Source: Dimorphilus gyrociliatus (taxonomy: Eukaryota; Animalia; Annelida). Taken from it: a stretch of 64,000 nucleotides of DNA. The stretch lies in contig CAJFCJ010000005.1 of NCBI GenBank assembly GCA_904063045.1, positions 3,749,689-3,813,688 on the forward strand, given 5' to 3'. Position 1 is the first letter of the stretch. Every line of letters starts with the position of its first letter. Below the pieces are notes generated by a model that searched no databases, was not told where the DNA came from, and was given only the letters and a program-made list of their open reading frames with translations. This document shows positions 1 through 11,466 of this stretch, one piece after another. A program made the position numbers and the translations under genes.

Positions 1-1
1 A

Positions 2-1401
2 TTAACGAACGATAATATTGAAATAACAACGCAAATATGTAAAGCAATGAAAGCACTGGAGGATAGACCAGTACTTTTTCGATATTCGTTAGACGAATAT
101 GGAACGGCTCGCAGAAGCGCGATTGTCAGAACTTTTATTGACGCATTAACCAAAGGAGGGTCCAGTGGAACCCCGCGGCCAATCGAGTTACATTCTCACG
201 ATCCGTTACGCTACGTCGGTGATATGATGGCTTGGATTCACCAGGCTTGTGCAACTGAAAAAGAATACTTAAAAACCATTTTAAAAGATTGTGTTAGCGA
301 AGATAAGGACTCTTTGGCCTTAAATGTAATGAGCCATGTAACAGAAGGGTTAGGCCGACCGTTAAAAGTGCGACTAGAACAAGTCTTGTTGTCGGATCCA
401 CAGCCTATAGTCTTATATAAACTGACAAATCTCTTGCAATTCTATTACGGTACACTTAAAGGAATATTGCCAGAAAATGCAGCTTTAGTACAATCTATGA
501 CAGAAATGCATAATTTAAATACGCAAATGTTTTATAATAGCTTAAATTCTATAACTTCTAGACTTTTGGAGAAAGTTGAAATGCCACCAGTAGATTTGAG
601 TGCTACATCATCGGTAACTAGCACTTTACAATTGTTACAGGACATTTTATCGTCGCACGATTCATCTCTCGTATCCGTAGACGTGAGAAGAGAAGATTAC
701 GGCAAGGCGAGTTTGCAAAAGTTTGTTTTATGTGGATTTAATTGATTTTTCTTTTCGCTCACATTTACAGATCGTAAAAGCCGTTATCGAACCGCTTGTA
801 AAAATGTGTTCCGTATCGGCAAGTAATTTGAAGAGTACTGATATGGCCACATATATGTTGAATAATCTCCATCTAATGCACACAACTCTCACTCTATTCG
901 AGTTCACAGACAATAAACTGGAAATGCTTAAGGCTCTGATGGAGGCTCACGTCGACACCCTAATTAGCGAACAAGCGGCTATCGTACTGACACGAACCAA
1001 TTTGGTAGAGTTTTACCAGAAAGTTCAGCAGCATAACATCAGTCTACACGGTCCTCTTTCTCAATTACCGGCAGCCGATGCAGCTACCCTTAAGAGTGCT
1101 ATGGTATATAGGAGCGCGTATTTAATTGAGCGCTATACAAGTGTCAGTTAACACCTGTAATTCATTTCCGCAGGCGAAATTCGATTCCTATCTGGCATCA
1201 CCCGATTCGCTCGTTCTTCCGCAATGCAACGCGTTGATGAGCACGAAATTACGGGACAGCGTTAAACAGCGATCAACAGAATTAATATGCCGTGCCTATT
1301 CTTCAATGTATCAAGCCCTTAAACTTTCAGAAAATGAATATCCCGAGGCGAACACAATCGCTCCAAGAACACCCGATCAGGTTATGAAATTGTTGACGTA
1401 G
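2..1401 (+). CDS. COG6: Conserved oligomeric Golgi complex subunit 6, 5'-truncated by the window edge; exons <2-706, 771-1103, 1174-1401
   Basis: Translation ALEDRPVLFRYSLDEYGTARRSAIVRTFIDALTKGG...PRPIELHSHDPLRYVGDMMAWIHQA and the C-terminus AKFDSYLASPDSLVLPQ...RTPDQVMKLLT match COG6. The three ORF-track frames join in phase 0 across introns 707-770 (GC-AG) and 1104-1173 (GT-AG). Stop TAG at 1399-1401. Confidence 0.95.
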
Positions 1402-3740
1402 ACGATACCATTTTGGCGTGGGTGAGGTAGGCCTGTCGTGTCGACTTTAGCGAGGATTCATCGAATTAATTAGAGCGTCTTTGACGAATACAACTTGGAA
1501 GATGTTTGTATATAGTATATATAGTGGAATCTTGCTGTTATACTTCAGCCGCCAATCTTTCCCTCACACTTGTGTAAACGACCACCTCGATTCCCCGCCG
1601 CCTCGAGCATTATCTTAATGCAATATTGTTTCGAAAACAAAAAGCTTTGGCTTTTACCTTCCAGCCATCTTTGGCGGAGCTCACCTTTCCGGCCGCTTTT
1701 CCATTAAGCTAACGTTATCTTGTTCCAGAGGAGAGAAAAAATAACGCGGACGCATAGCGAAAGAATAAATCAAGCTTTGCTAAAGAATTATGCTAGCCGA
1801 TCAATCATGTTCTTCTTATATCGGCCTCGTTCTGCGGTCGGCGTAGAGTGAGAGAAGAGAGAGGGGATTGTATTTGTATATAGTATATAGTATATAAATA
1901 TATATGTATATATATATAAATATATTACATGCAAAAAGTCTATACGAAAAGACAGGAATATACATTATATATATAAATATATATACTAATATATATATAT
2001 ATATATATATAAAACATATGATCTTTTATGTACTGATATATGCAATTATATATTAATATATATTTATATATATATAAGACAATATATGTAGAAGTGGACT
2101 TATTTATAAGTTTATGCATTTATAGATATCTGAACATAAAAGTTATTTACTCGTAACGTAAAAATTTCCATTCATATCTGCATAGCTGTATATCTATTAT
2201 ACATAAATTTCTCTTTTCTGATATATGAAAGGGATAGATATACTTTTTTAAATGACGCCTCTAGGCCTGCTATAGATGTCGTTCTGTTTTACACATTTTT
2301 ATATTGGGCCAGCTTTAATGCAGAACTATGGCGGAGTGTGAATGAATTAAAGGGAAGCCTTAAGGCTACGATTTTTTTCCTCTCGTTCGCGTGGGTAAAT
2401 TGATGAAGAGGCTGTTCGGATTGCGTCATGAAGAATAATTTCACGGCTCGCCGCCTGCTAGCATCTTTCATTACATTGTTGCCTTAATATCGACACATTT
2501 ACGCGGAAAAGTCGTCTAGTACTCTAAACGTTGGAAAATTAGGAAGCGGGAAGGGTGAAAATTGCTCTTGCGAGGAATTACGTTGAAAAGACATTCGAGC
2601 GTTCAACTTAATGCATACTGCATATTGCAGAGGTCGCAAAAAGGTTATCCGGGAAATGCCAACCTCAATTGTTAGACGGAAGATATATAAATGAATTTTT
2701 AATCTGCATGGACCTGTTTATTACTTTATTTCGATTTTATTCGCAGCTGTTTTCTGCTATGAACTTTGACATTTTACATGCATACAGATTCGAAGCGGAC
2801 CAAAAATAAACTGAGACAGTGATTTATAAGAGTTGCAGTTGCTGTTTCGTGAAAAAGTTTTTTCTTTTTCGCTCCAGCTGCTCGTTTGCTCTTAAACAAA
2901 CTAGAAAAATCAATTTTCCTCCTTACATAATTCGTATAGACATTCGACATTTCTTGCTAGTTTAGCTCCGTGCTAGATTTCCGAGTTTGCCCGGCAGATG
3001 TTTGCAATTTGCATTTAAACCTTGTTAGAATCGGCGAAGAGAGACGAGCAGTTTGTAAAGTTTGGCGTAATTCGTCTTGTTCTAATCTTATTCAGCTAGC
3101 TAAGGAAAAGGTCGCACCGTCTTCAACTGTAATTTTCCTTCTCCAATATCGAATTAGCCCTCTATATAACAGAAGCTCGCTCAGTGTTCATGTGGAAGAA
3201 ATTAGCCGATTTCGGGTGGGCGAAGAGAATCGAGGCTTGATTACTTGAGGACTTTTGCTAGAAACGATAAAATTTCATTCTAGCTCCCAGATCGAATGGC
3301 AATTGCCTGCAATCGTTCTATAATCTCCTCTTATCATTTGGAAAACATCTATAGGCGTTTTACCAAGCAGACACTAAAGCATAGATACCATTCGTAGAGA
3401 AGAATGGAGAGGGAGGAAGGAGAAGATCTGGTTGAATTAAGAGACAGTGAAAAATCGAGGGAACATTTCTTCGATCTTCAATAGTCGTACATAAATAATT
3501 AAGGGGTAATGGGAAAGACCAGTATAGACGGGGAGTGGGCGGTCAGAGGAAAAATCGTTGGACGTATGTAGGCCTCCATTTGTTATTCGTGGTAAAAAGT
3601 CTATCATTCAATACAGGGTGCGAATATAAACACTTAACGACTGAGCGCTTTATATTTAATCGTTATAATTAATCCGTCGCTGTTCAAATAGGAAAATACC
3701 GCCCTACTGTCAGACTCCAGATCTGAATGCGAAGCGAGGG

Positions 3741-3769
3741 ATGACGTCATTACTGATCCGTTCTATTGG
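3741..3769. promoter_or_regulatory. Candidate promoter elements of the chloride-channel gene: CRE palindrome plus inverted CCAAT box
   Basis: ATGACGTCAT at 3741-3750 and ATTGG at 3765-3769, about 350 nt upstream of the ATG at 4107. Motif match only. Confidence 0.4.
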
Positions 3770-4106
3770 ATTGTGACGGTGCATTATGCTAACAGAATGC
3801 GGTCGACGAGGACGCCGCCTGGCCGCCGCCTGAATTCACACGCAGAGAGAGTTTGCTGCTGACAAACCGATTTTTGAGTACGTCTATATAATAATAGAAA
3901 AAAGGGAAAGGAGCAATAAACGGCTCAGTGAGAAGCCAATTTTGATTTTTACAAAGAGAAGAGGAGTGTTAGCAAGAACTGACAAGTAAAGAAAACGAAT
4001 TGAAAAGAGTGGTAAGAAGAAGTAGGTATAAGGAGTGAGGAGGAAGACTAAGTGGGAGAAGAAGCAGAAGTGATGTAAGGCTATTTTCTCCGGGCTCTAG
4101 ATTTTA

Positions 4107-7100
4107 ATGCTCTGCTGTCGAATTAACCTACTGCTCTTCGCCACTCTTTTCCTGTGGCTGCAGTATGGGCAGTTTGTCGAATCAGAAAAAAAGGCTAATA
4201 AACGCCAATTTCTTAATAACCAGTGAGTATTTATGATTTGTAGATAATACAATATTCAAGACCTGAATAGACTATAAAGTCAGAGATGACTTGTAGTTGT
4301 GGATATATCGCTATGAATAAGGGCAATATTTACTTATGCTGTCTTTTAGAGTGTGTACACATGCGTAAGATATTTATATATATATATATATATATGAATA
4401 TAATGAAGACAGACATATAGTCATTTTTTTTATATTATATATATATATCTATATTTCCTACCTCTCCACGTCTAGAGATGTTTACATTATACACTCAAAA
4501 GTTGTCTCTATCTGTTATACATGACCTTCAGCATATATTGTATATTTATGTCCCACTCGTCGCGTGTCCTCCTTAATTTACGTTTTTTATTGGCTTAACG
4601 TATATTCGTTAGTTATATTCGTTCTACGAAGCAAAATATCGTGCTAGGCTGCTTTAAATGGATTTTCGGATCAAAATCAAAATCGAGATTCATCGTATGT
4701 ATGAATATTATTTGGTATGCATTTTAGACAGCTTAACCTGCCCTTGAGAATGAAAAATAATGATGAAAAAATATATTCTGTGTTTATCCATCAACATTTG
4801 CACAAACAAGCGTTTAAAGCCGTCGTTGCAAAAGTAAATTGCATACGGCTCTTTTCTAATATTTTCTCTGTTGATTTTCGATTGGCGGAAGGAAATTCTT
4901 GTAGTGTTCCCTTACTGATAGACTTTTTGCAGTTGGCCTTCACCCATCGACCATTAGTCGCAGCTTCGGTATTAGTGACGCCCGTTCGCTGAGAGTGCAG
5001 AGAGACGCCTCTTGGGATTCAATGACGTTACCGGTTTCTTTTATACGTTCCTCCTAATTCCGCTTTTGTATAAGCTAAACGGCATCAAGACGATGAATAT
5101 TAATCGTTCTATCTCTGTCATTCTGTATGTGTCTTGCTTTTATGCTTCTCTTACCACGTTTTTGCCCTGTCTTTTTACCACTGTCTACCTCCCACCCCCT
5201 CCTTTCTTCTCTCGCTCTGTCTTTCGTCTGTACTTTCTCTGTCTCTGCCCCTACCTCCCCGCCCCCTCTCTCTCTCTCACTCTCATTCACTCTTTCCGTG
5301 CTTGTCCTCTATTTCTGTTTCACTGGGTTTTTTTTATTTTTTTATTGATTTCTATCGCCCTATTTTATTTCACTCGATCGCGCAAAATACATACATACAA
5401 TTTATTTATCGGCGTGTAAAAAAAAATGTGCTCCAAGACGCCGTCGAACAGGCACGGCGCTCGTTAAACAAGCGTTTCTATTGATTTTGTCCTCGTTCGA
5501 CGGTCGTACTACGTCCGCTTTTCATCTTTGAATTTTAATAGAGACGCCCCTTTAATGGTGTCCCTTCGCTCGAGTTTATATCCTCATTAGGATGGAACAA
5601 AAACTAACGACTAAGCAGAGAAAATTTCTATTAATAAATCAGATGTATAGAGAAAAAACGATTAAACTTACCGTATTTTATACATAAATACTGGCCTATC
5701 AACTCCGGAAGGGGTACGGCCTATCGATTCGACGCTTGCAACAGAACTTTTAAATTATTGACAAGCTGGCCTTTTCTTCGAACGAATGCAAGGCTGGTCT
5801 GTATAGCGTGAAACACTGGAAAAGCATCGACTCGTCGACTGTCGTCGACGATTTATTTTGAAGCAATTGATCTGCCCGAGGCATGTTTTTTCAACCTGAA
5901 AAAAAGACACTCTATGTTATTGATAATTATTTAAATTACTCACCGACGGCGTCACAGTTAAAGATTAGGCTTAAAAAATTACTTAAGCTCTACGTTGTAG
6001 TATTTTTTTAATGGGGTTTTTCATCATTTAAGCGCGTGTAAATGGCGTTGAGATATGCTATTTCTATGTATCTCTCTTTCTCTCTCTCACCCTTCACTAA
6101 TCGTATGTATTTCCATGAATAATACATAGGTATATCTATTGTTACGAGATTATTATATTATATCTATAGTGAAACATCATTTGTTCTAATTGCGTGTGAT
6201 ATGCAGCATATTTATGCAACGAAATGCATACGTGTACACTTTTATTCCTACTCAGGACCGGTTCAGCTTGAAAGACGCTTTATGTGGCAAGTGAAAATGT
6301 CATCCGGTTGGCGTGACTTGCCATTCGAATCTAACGTGTGATGTTTTCTAACGAGCGTTGCAGTTTTGCGGGGCGCTGCCGTATATCGAACGACGTGCTC
6401 GTTGAGCTGATTAGGAAAATCAACGTCCCGGAGGCCAGAATAGAAAATGCATTACATATAAAAACTCTAGCCAGCTAAAATGGTTGATGGTCGTGTTTAT
6501 AGGCCTATAAATGAAAAAAATTTTTAACTCTCTCGATGACGTTAATCAAGAGATTAGACGCAAAAGCAGCGGTAGCGAATGTCGATATATAGTTTAATTA
6601 AATCGAAAAAGAGGCGCCGTCGGCCAATTTTCTTTTACGAAAGTGGTTGTATTAAATAAAAATAAAGGGGAATGAGAAAAGTGTGCAAGGTAAAAAATAG
6701 AGGCAAAGCTGAAGCGAGAGAGAAAAAGAGAGTGAGGGAGAAAGTGAGTGAGAGTGAGAAAGAAATGAAGGGTGAGAAAACGGATTGGGAGCTTGGCGCA
6801 TAGGAAGATGTAAGATATTTATAAAATGGTAGAGAGGGAAAAAGATTGGAGTGGGGTATGGGGACTTGATAAACAAGGTGCGGTGGAGGGCGGATAAAAG
6901 GTTTTGAGGTGACGATGTAGCCTTAAGGTTGGCGGTAAATAGAAAAAAAGAATAGGAAGTGCGATTGAAAGGCGAACAGTAAGGTGCTAAAGAGACTGAG
7001 CAGGGGGGAGTAAGAGGAGAGTGAGAGGGGAAAAGAAGCCGTATACGCTTTCATTACCGGTTAATTAATGACGGCTCTATACTGGAAAGCGGGGAATAAA

Positions 7101-7959
7101 TATTTGACGAAGGGTGCGGCGGTCCAAATTTAATTTTTAGCCGACTGTCAAGAATCGAATAAGCGAGAAATGTGAGAGGAATAACAGCAGAAATCCGGCG
7201 TCCGAAACGGCGTTATGAGAATTTTTTTTTTATTAAATATTTTCTTTTCCCTTGTTTGCTTTATATACACATATACAATATTACAATATATATAGTATAC
7301 TGCATAGTTTGCCAAAGAGTCATCTGCGCTTTACACAATCATGGAAGCGTATTGCTGTAATTATCGATAGGAAATTTCTTTCTTTTTATCCAATTTCTCC
7401 CTTACTCTTTTATATATATATATATATTCATTTTATTATATTCGTCTGTCTCTCTATCAATCTATCTATCTATCTATCTGTGCAGTTTTATATATAAAAA
7501 AATTAGGTATTAACGGTCTTACATAGAGGATTAAAAAAAAAGGAAATGAGAATGAAAGAGAAAGAGTAAATAGCTTATACCAAACTTCATTAATGAGTAT
7601 ATTTTCTCTTTTTTTTCCTCCCCTCTTATAGTGGCAGTGGTAATCTGTATGGTAAGAAAAAAGATCCGAATAAAGGAAAAAGGGTTAAGAAACGCTACAA
7701 TTCGTAAGTTGACACTATTCCAATAATATCCGAGTATACAGTTTTGTGTTAGATCGATCGAATGTAATGTAATAAAAGAGAAAAAAATTTTTCTTTCCTG
7801 TTTTTTTTTTAGAACTTCCGAATTGTTCAGAGCTTTAATAGATGGAGAAACATATAATAAACAGGATCCTCCAACGAAAGGTAAGAGAAAAAACTAAAGA
7901 AAAAAAAATTCATTAGAGTAATTTGTTAGTTTTTTTTTTTCGACAATTCCCTTTCCCTT

Positions 7960-7990
<31 letters not shown>

Positions 7991-10900
7991 CTATCTATTC
8001 CTCCCTCCCTCCCTCCCTTTTTTTTATATATATATTTCTTTATGTTTATACTGTACATAGTATATTTGAATAAAGGAATAATTTCTCTTTGTTTTTTCTT
8101 CTTAATCCATTAGATAAACCTACTCGAGTCAAACTGGGGATCTACGTGAACAGCTTTTATTCCATTAGCGAACAAACAATGGTAAGGGAGCCAAATTCGA
8201 TTTGTTTGTCTGGAACATGCCCACCAAGTGTATAAATAATATCTCTATATATGTTTAGAATACTAGGGAAAAGTCGACTTTATCTAAACTGTTCTATACA
8301 CCGATAAACGAGAAAAGCAGACTTGCTTTGCCACAGATTAAAACAACGTTTGTCATTCCTTTTCTCTCTTCCACTTACACTATCTAGCTTATCTCTCTTT
8401 TTATAGATAATCTGTCAATCTATCATTTTATCAATCTATCTTTCTCTTTCTACCTTTTTTAACGTGATTTTTTTTAATATGATTTTTCTAACAAATTCGA
8501 TTAGGACTCGTCAATCAGTTTTTACTTTCGTCAAGAGTGGTACGACCCAAGGTTGGTTTACAAAAAGGAAAATGCCCCGCGACATACGTCCATACCTTTT
8601 AGGGTCGGAGATTCGGATGTTGAAAGGGTATGGCTGCCTGATACATTCTTCCGCAACGAAAAGTTCGGCAGTTTCCATACGGTTACCGTTAGAAATCGAT
8701 TTATGACCTTGAATACGACTGGTAGAGTTTGGTACGTTACTAAGTAAGTGGCCGCACGAGATTTTTCGTGAGACTATAATTGAGTGGTTTGCCGTGATTT
8801 CTCTCTTAACTTCTATACAAACATTTCTTTTTGCTCTTTCGGGGGCATGTTCCAAAAGAATTGAAAACAAAATTCGAATTTTCTGCCTTTTTTTTCCGGG
8901 AATCGTGTTTTTTTCATGTTTCGCACCTCTCTATTGAAATCAGGACTATCAACTGAGTATGTACCTGCGCCAGGAGTGGCAGGATCCTAGATTGGCATTT
9001 TCCCACATCATGCCCAACGCAAAACCGGAACACAAAATAAGGATGGGTATGGGAACCTGGGAAGAAATTTGGACACCAGACGTCTTCTTCCGCAACGAGA
9101 AAAAGGCGTCCTTTCATTCCATTAGCGTACCGAATCGTCTTCTTCAGATCAAACCCGACGGTACGTTGTGGTACGTCTCTAAGTAAGTAAAATGTCTAGA
9201 TAAATAGATTTGATGATTTGGCTGGATTGTAAACAAACCGGTGATAAGGTAAACCAAGGGATGTTTTTAAGTGAAGATTGCAAATTAATAACATTAAATA
9301 GTTAATTAATAAATAATAATAATGCGCATGGGGAAATTGTTTTTTTTAAAAAAAAAGAAACATAAAAAAAGAATGATAACTTTCTTGCTTCTTAAAAAAA
9401 TAAATTAGCTGAAAAGATGTGGTGATTAAATAAAAATAAAGTGAAAATAAGATAGATAGCTGGAGCGTACGAGTAAGAGAGCGAGAGAGAGAGATGGAAA
9501 TTGAGCGTAAAAGTTCATCTAGTAAGAAAAGGGAGAGAGAGAGAGAAAGAGTAATAAAATGGCACGGGGGGAAAAATTGAGGGGAAAAAAGAGAAAGAGT
9601 GTATGAGTGATAGAGTGCGAGGGACGAGGGGCGACATGCAGAGAGAGAGAGAGAGAGAGGGGGGGTGGAGAGGGACATTATCTACACTCAGCGAGAAAGA
9701 AAAAAATATGAAATAAGAGAAAAGAATCGATTGCGCAACACCCGGTTTAAAAGAGAAGAACCGTTTGTTTATAATCAAGCATTCGAGAGGTTAGCCAGAG
9801 GGTGTAACCAAAATCGAATGTCTATTTGTCTATACTGTATATCTTTTATATTGAGCATGCCTAAAAAAAGAAAATGTTTTATCTGTTTTCTTTCTCTTTG
9901 CTCTTTCTTGCACTGATTTCTATGTAATAATATTATTATTATTCTTTATTAATATTGTTTACTGTTATTACTTTTTTTTTATTATTGTTAAAAATTATGG
10001 TTATTAGTAATAAGTGTTCCGCCTTTCTTTTCTTTTTATCCCTAACAGAATCTCAGCGACTCTTTCCTGTCCTATGCTTTTACATAATTATCCTTTAGAC
10101 AAGCAGTCGTGCCCAATCATGTTCGAGAGTTGTAAGTAGAAAAAAATAGTTGCTAAATACTCATCTATACAGTATTAGCTTGGCTTATTTATATAAATAA
10201 ATATGAGAATTATATACAATTATTTGCAGTTGGTTATACTATGGATACCATGTACTTTGCTTGGCTAGCAAGAGCTATTGAAATAGACGAGGATGTAGAA
10301 CTACCGCAATTTACTTTAGAAGATCAAATCAAGTACGACTGTTCTCAAAACTATACGACAGGAGCATATCCGTGCCTGGAAATAAGATTTATTTTACGTC
10401 GGGATATCGGTTACTTCCTCATTCAGGTTTATATACCATCCATGCTGATTGTCATCCTGTCCTGGGTAGCCTTTTGGATCAACATCGACGCCATTCCAGC
10501 CCGCGTTTCATTAGGCTTACTTACTGTGCTTACCATGACTACCCAATCGACGGGAGCCAGATCTTCCTTACCACGTGTCTCTTATATAAAAGCTATCGAC
10601 GTTTGGATGTCAGTTTGCCTGGTCTTTGTTTTCGTATCTCTTTTGGAATTCGCCGTCGTCAACGTAATATCGCGGAAAGAAGTCCGAACAATCAAACCCG
10701 TCCGTAAGCCGCCCCCGCTCAGAAAGGATTTGGATCCAGAAACCCAATGGGACCAGGTAAATGAGTTTCTTTCCATATCATTCTCCATATTCCCCCATTT
10801 TATTTTGGCTAATTTTGATAAATTGAGAGATTTATTGCGCTAAAGCGTATTACCAACCCTTAGATATCTAGTCGCTATTCGAAACGGAATCGAAAATGGC

Positions 10901-11466
10901 GTATCTGTTTCCAGGACGACCAGCGAATGGAGAGTATAGAAATGGGCGGTAGACACGATTTTTCAGGCATTCCGGTACTTATGCCTGCTCTCCGCGTGCT
11001 AATTTCAGAATTTTTCTTATTTTCTTTCCTGCCTGCGGTTGACTATTAACGCCAGCAATTTCTTATTTAAACATCTGCCAGATGGCGCAGCGTGCCTTTG
11101 TTATTTTTCAATTTTAACTGACTGCTTCTAACCAAATGTTTATGTATAAAAATAATAAAATAAAAAGCATTTTAAGTGGTTTTTTCTATTTTTCCTATTA
11201 TTTTTACTTCATTATGTCTATTTTTGTTTTTTCTATTAAAAAACAGAAAAAATCTATTACAGTCTCTTTCTTATAAACAGATCAACATTGTCGAGAACGG
11301 ATCGGACAGGAGAGAACCACCAAAAGTCGTCGACCCCGAAGGAAAACATAAGGCTCGAAAAGTCGATAAAATCTCTAGAAAACTTTTCCCAATAGCTTTC
11401 TTACTCTTCAATATCATCTATTGGATTTTCTACGCGGTTCCACTATCCCATCCATCTAAAAATTAA
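4107..11466 (+). CDS. GlyR/GluCl-like Cys-loop ligand-gated chloride channel subunit (about 452 aa); exons 4107-4222, 7632-7703, 7813-7880, 8114-8181, [8505-8743 OR 8944-9182], 10049-10131, 10230-10756, (optional 10915-10974), 11281-11466
   Basis: Signal peptide MLCCRINLLLFATLFLWLQYG; Cys-loop CPMLLHNYPLDKQSC; loop-C disulphide CSQNYTTGAYPC; M2 with the anion-selective PAR motif (AIPARVSLGLLTVLTMTTQ); M4 FPIAFLLFNIIYW. All GT-AG junctions are phase-consistent and total 1359 nt with one alternative exon. The ligand cannot be assigned from sequence. Confidence 0.92.
8193..8881 (+). other. Predicted long-range pre-mRNA duplex (docking site 8193-8222 / selector 8843-8881) flanking alternative exon A
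   Basis: TGGAACATGCCC (8211-8222) is the exact reverse complement of GGGCATGTTCCA (8843-8854). Two further nested pairs: TTTGTTT 8201-8207 with AAACAAA 8865-8871, and AAATTCGA 8193-8200 with TCGAATTT 8874-8881. Confidence 0.7.
8505..8743 (+). CDS. Mutually exclusive exon A of the chloride channel (loops D-A-E)
   Basis: TAG acceptor, GTAAGT donor, 239 nt, phase 0 to 2; DSSISFYFRQEWYDPRL...WLPDTFFRNEK...GRVWYVTK; no stops. Confidence 0.85.
8944..9182 (+). CDS. Mutually exclusive exon B of the chloride channel (loops D-A-E)
   Basis: CAG acceptor, GTAAGT donor, 239 nt, phase 0 to 2; DYQLSMYLRQEWQDPRL...WTPDVFFRNEK...GTLWYVSK; no stops. Confidence 0.9.
10915..10974 (+). CDS. Putative 60-nt in-frame exon in the M3-M4 intracellular loop (DDQRMESIEMGGRHDFSGIP)
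   Basis: Acceptor TCTGTTTCCAG, donor CCG|GTACTT, phase 0/0, no stop, in a GC-richer island of an AT-rich intron. No homology support. Confidence 0.4.

Noticed and set aside
2289-3420. ORFs 2289-2471 (-) and 2970-3248 (+) in a moderately GC-rich stretch
   Set aside because: No recognisable motifs, no convincing splice or phase chain, and the other frames are closed; treated as non-coding.
3612-3620. TACAGGGTG, resembling a mariner-type terminus
   Set aside because: No matching inverted end (CACCCTGTA) or transposase remnant seen; 9 nt is insufficient.
5012-5484. Hydrophobic ORFs in intron 1 of the channel as an alternative signal-peptide exon
   Set aside because: Hydrophobicity derives from CT-rich simple sequence, and no phase-2 donor joins it to exon 2.
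6256-6290. Strong acceptor (CCTACTCAG) suggesting an extra channel exon
   Set aside because: In the required phase it reads Q-T-G-S-A-stop and the donor is weak; at most a poison or UTR exon without support.
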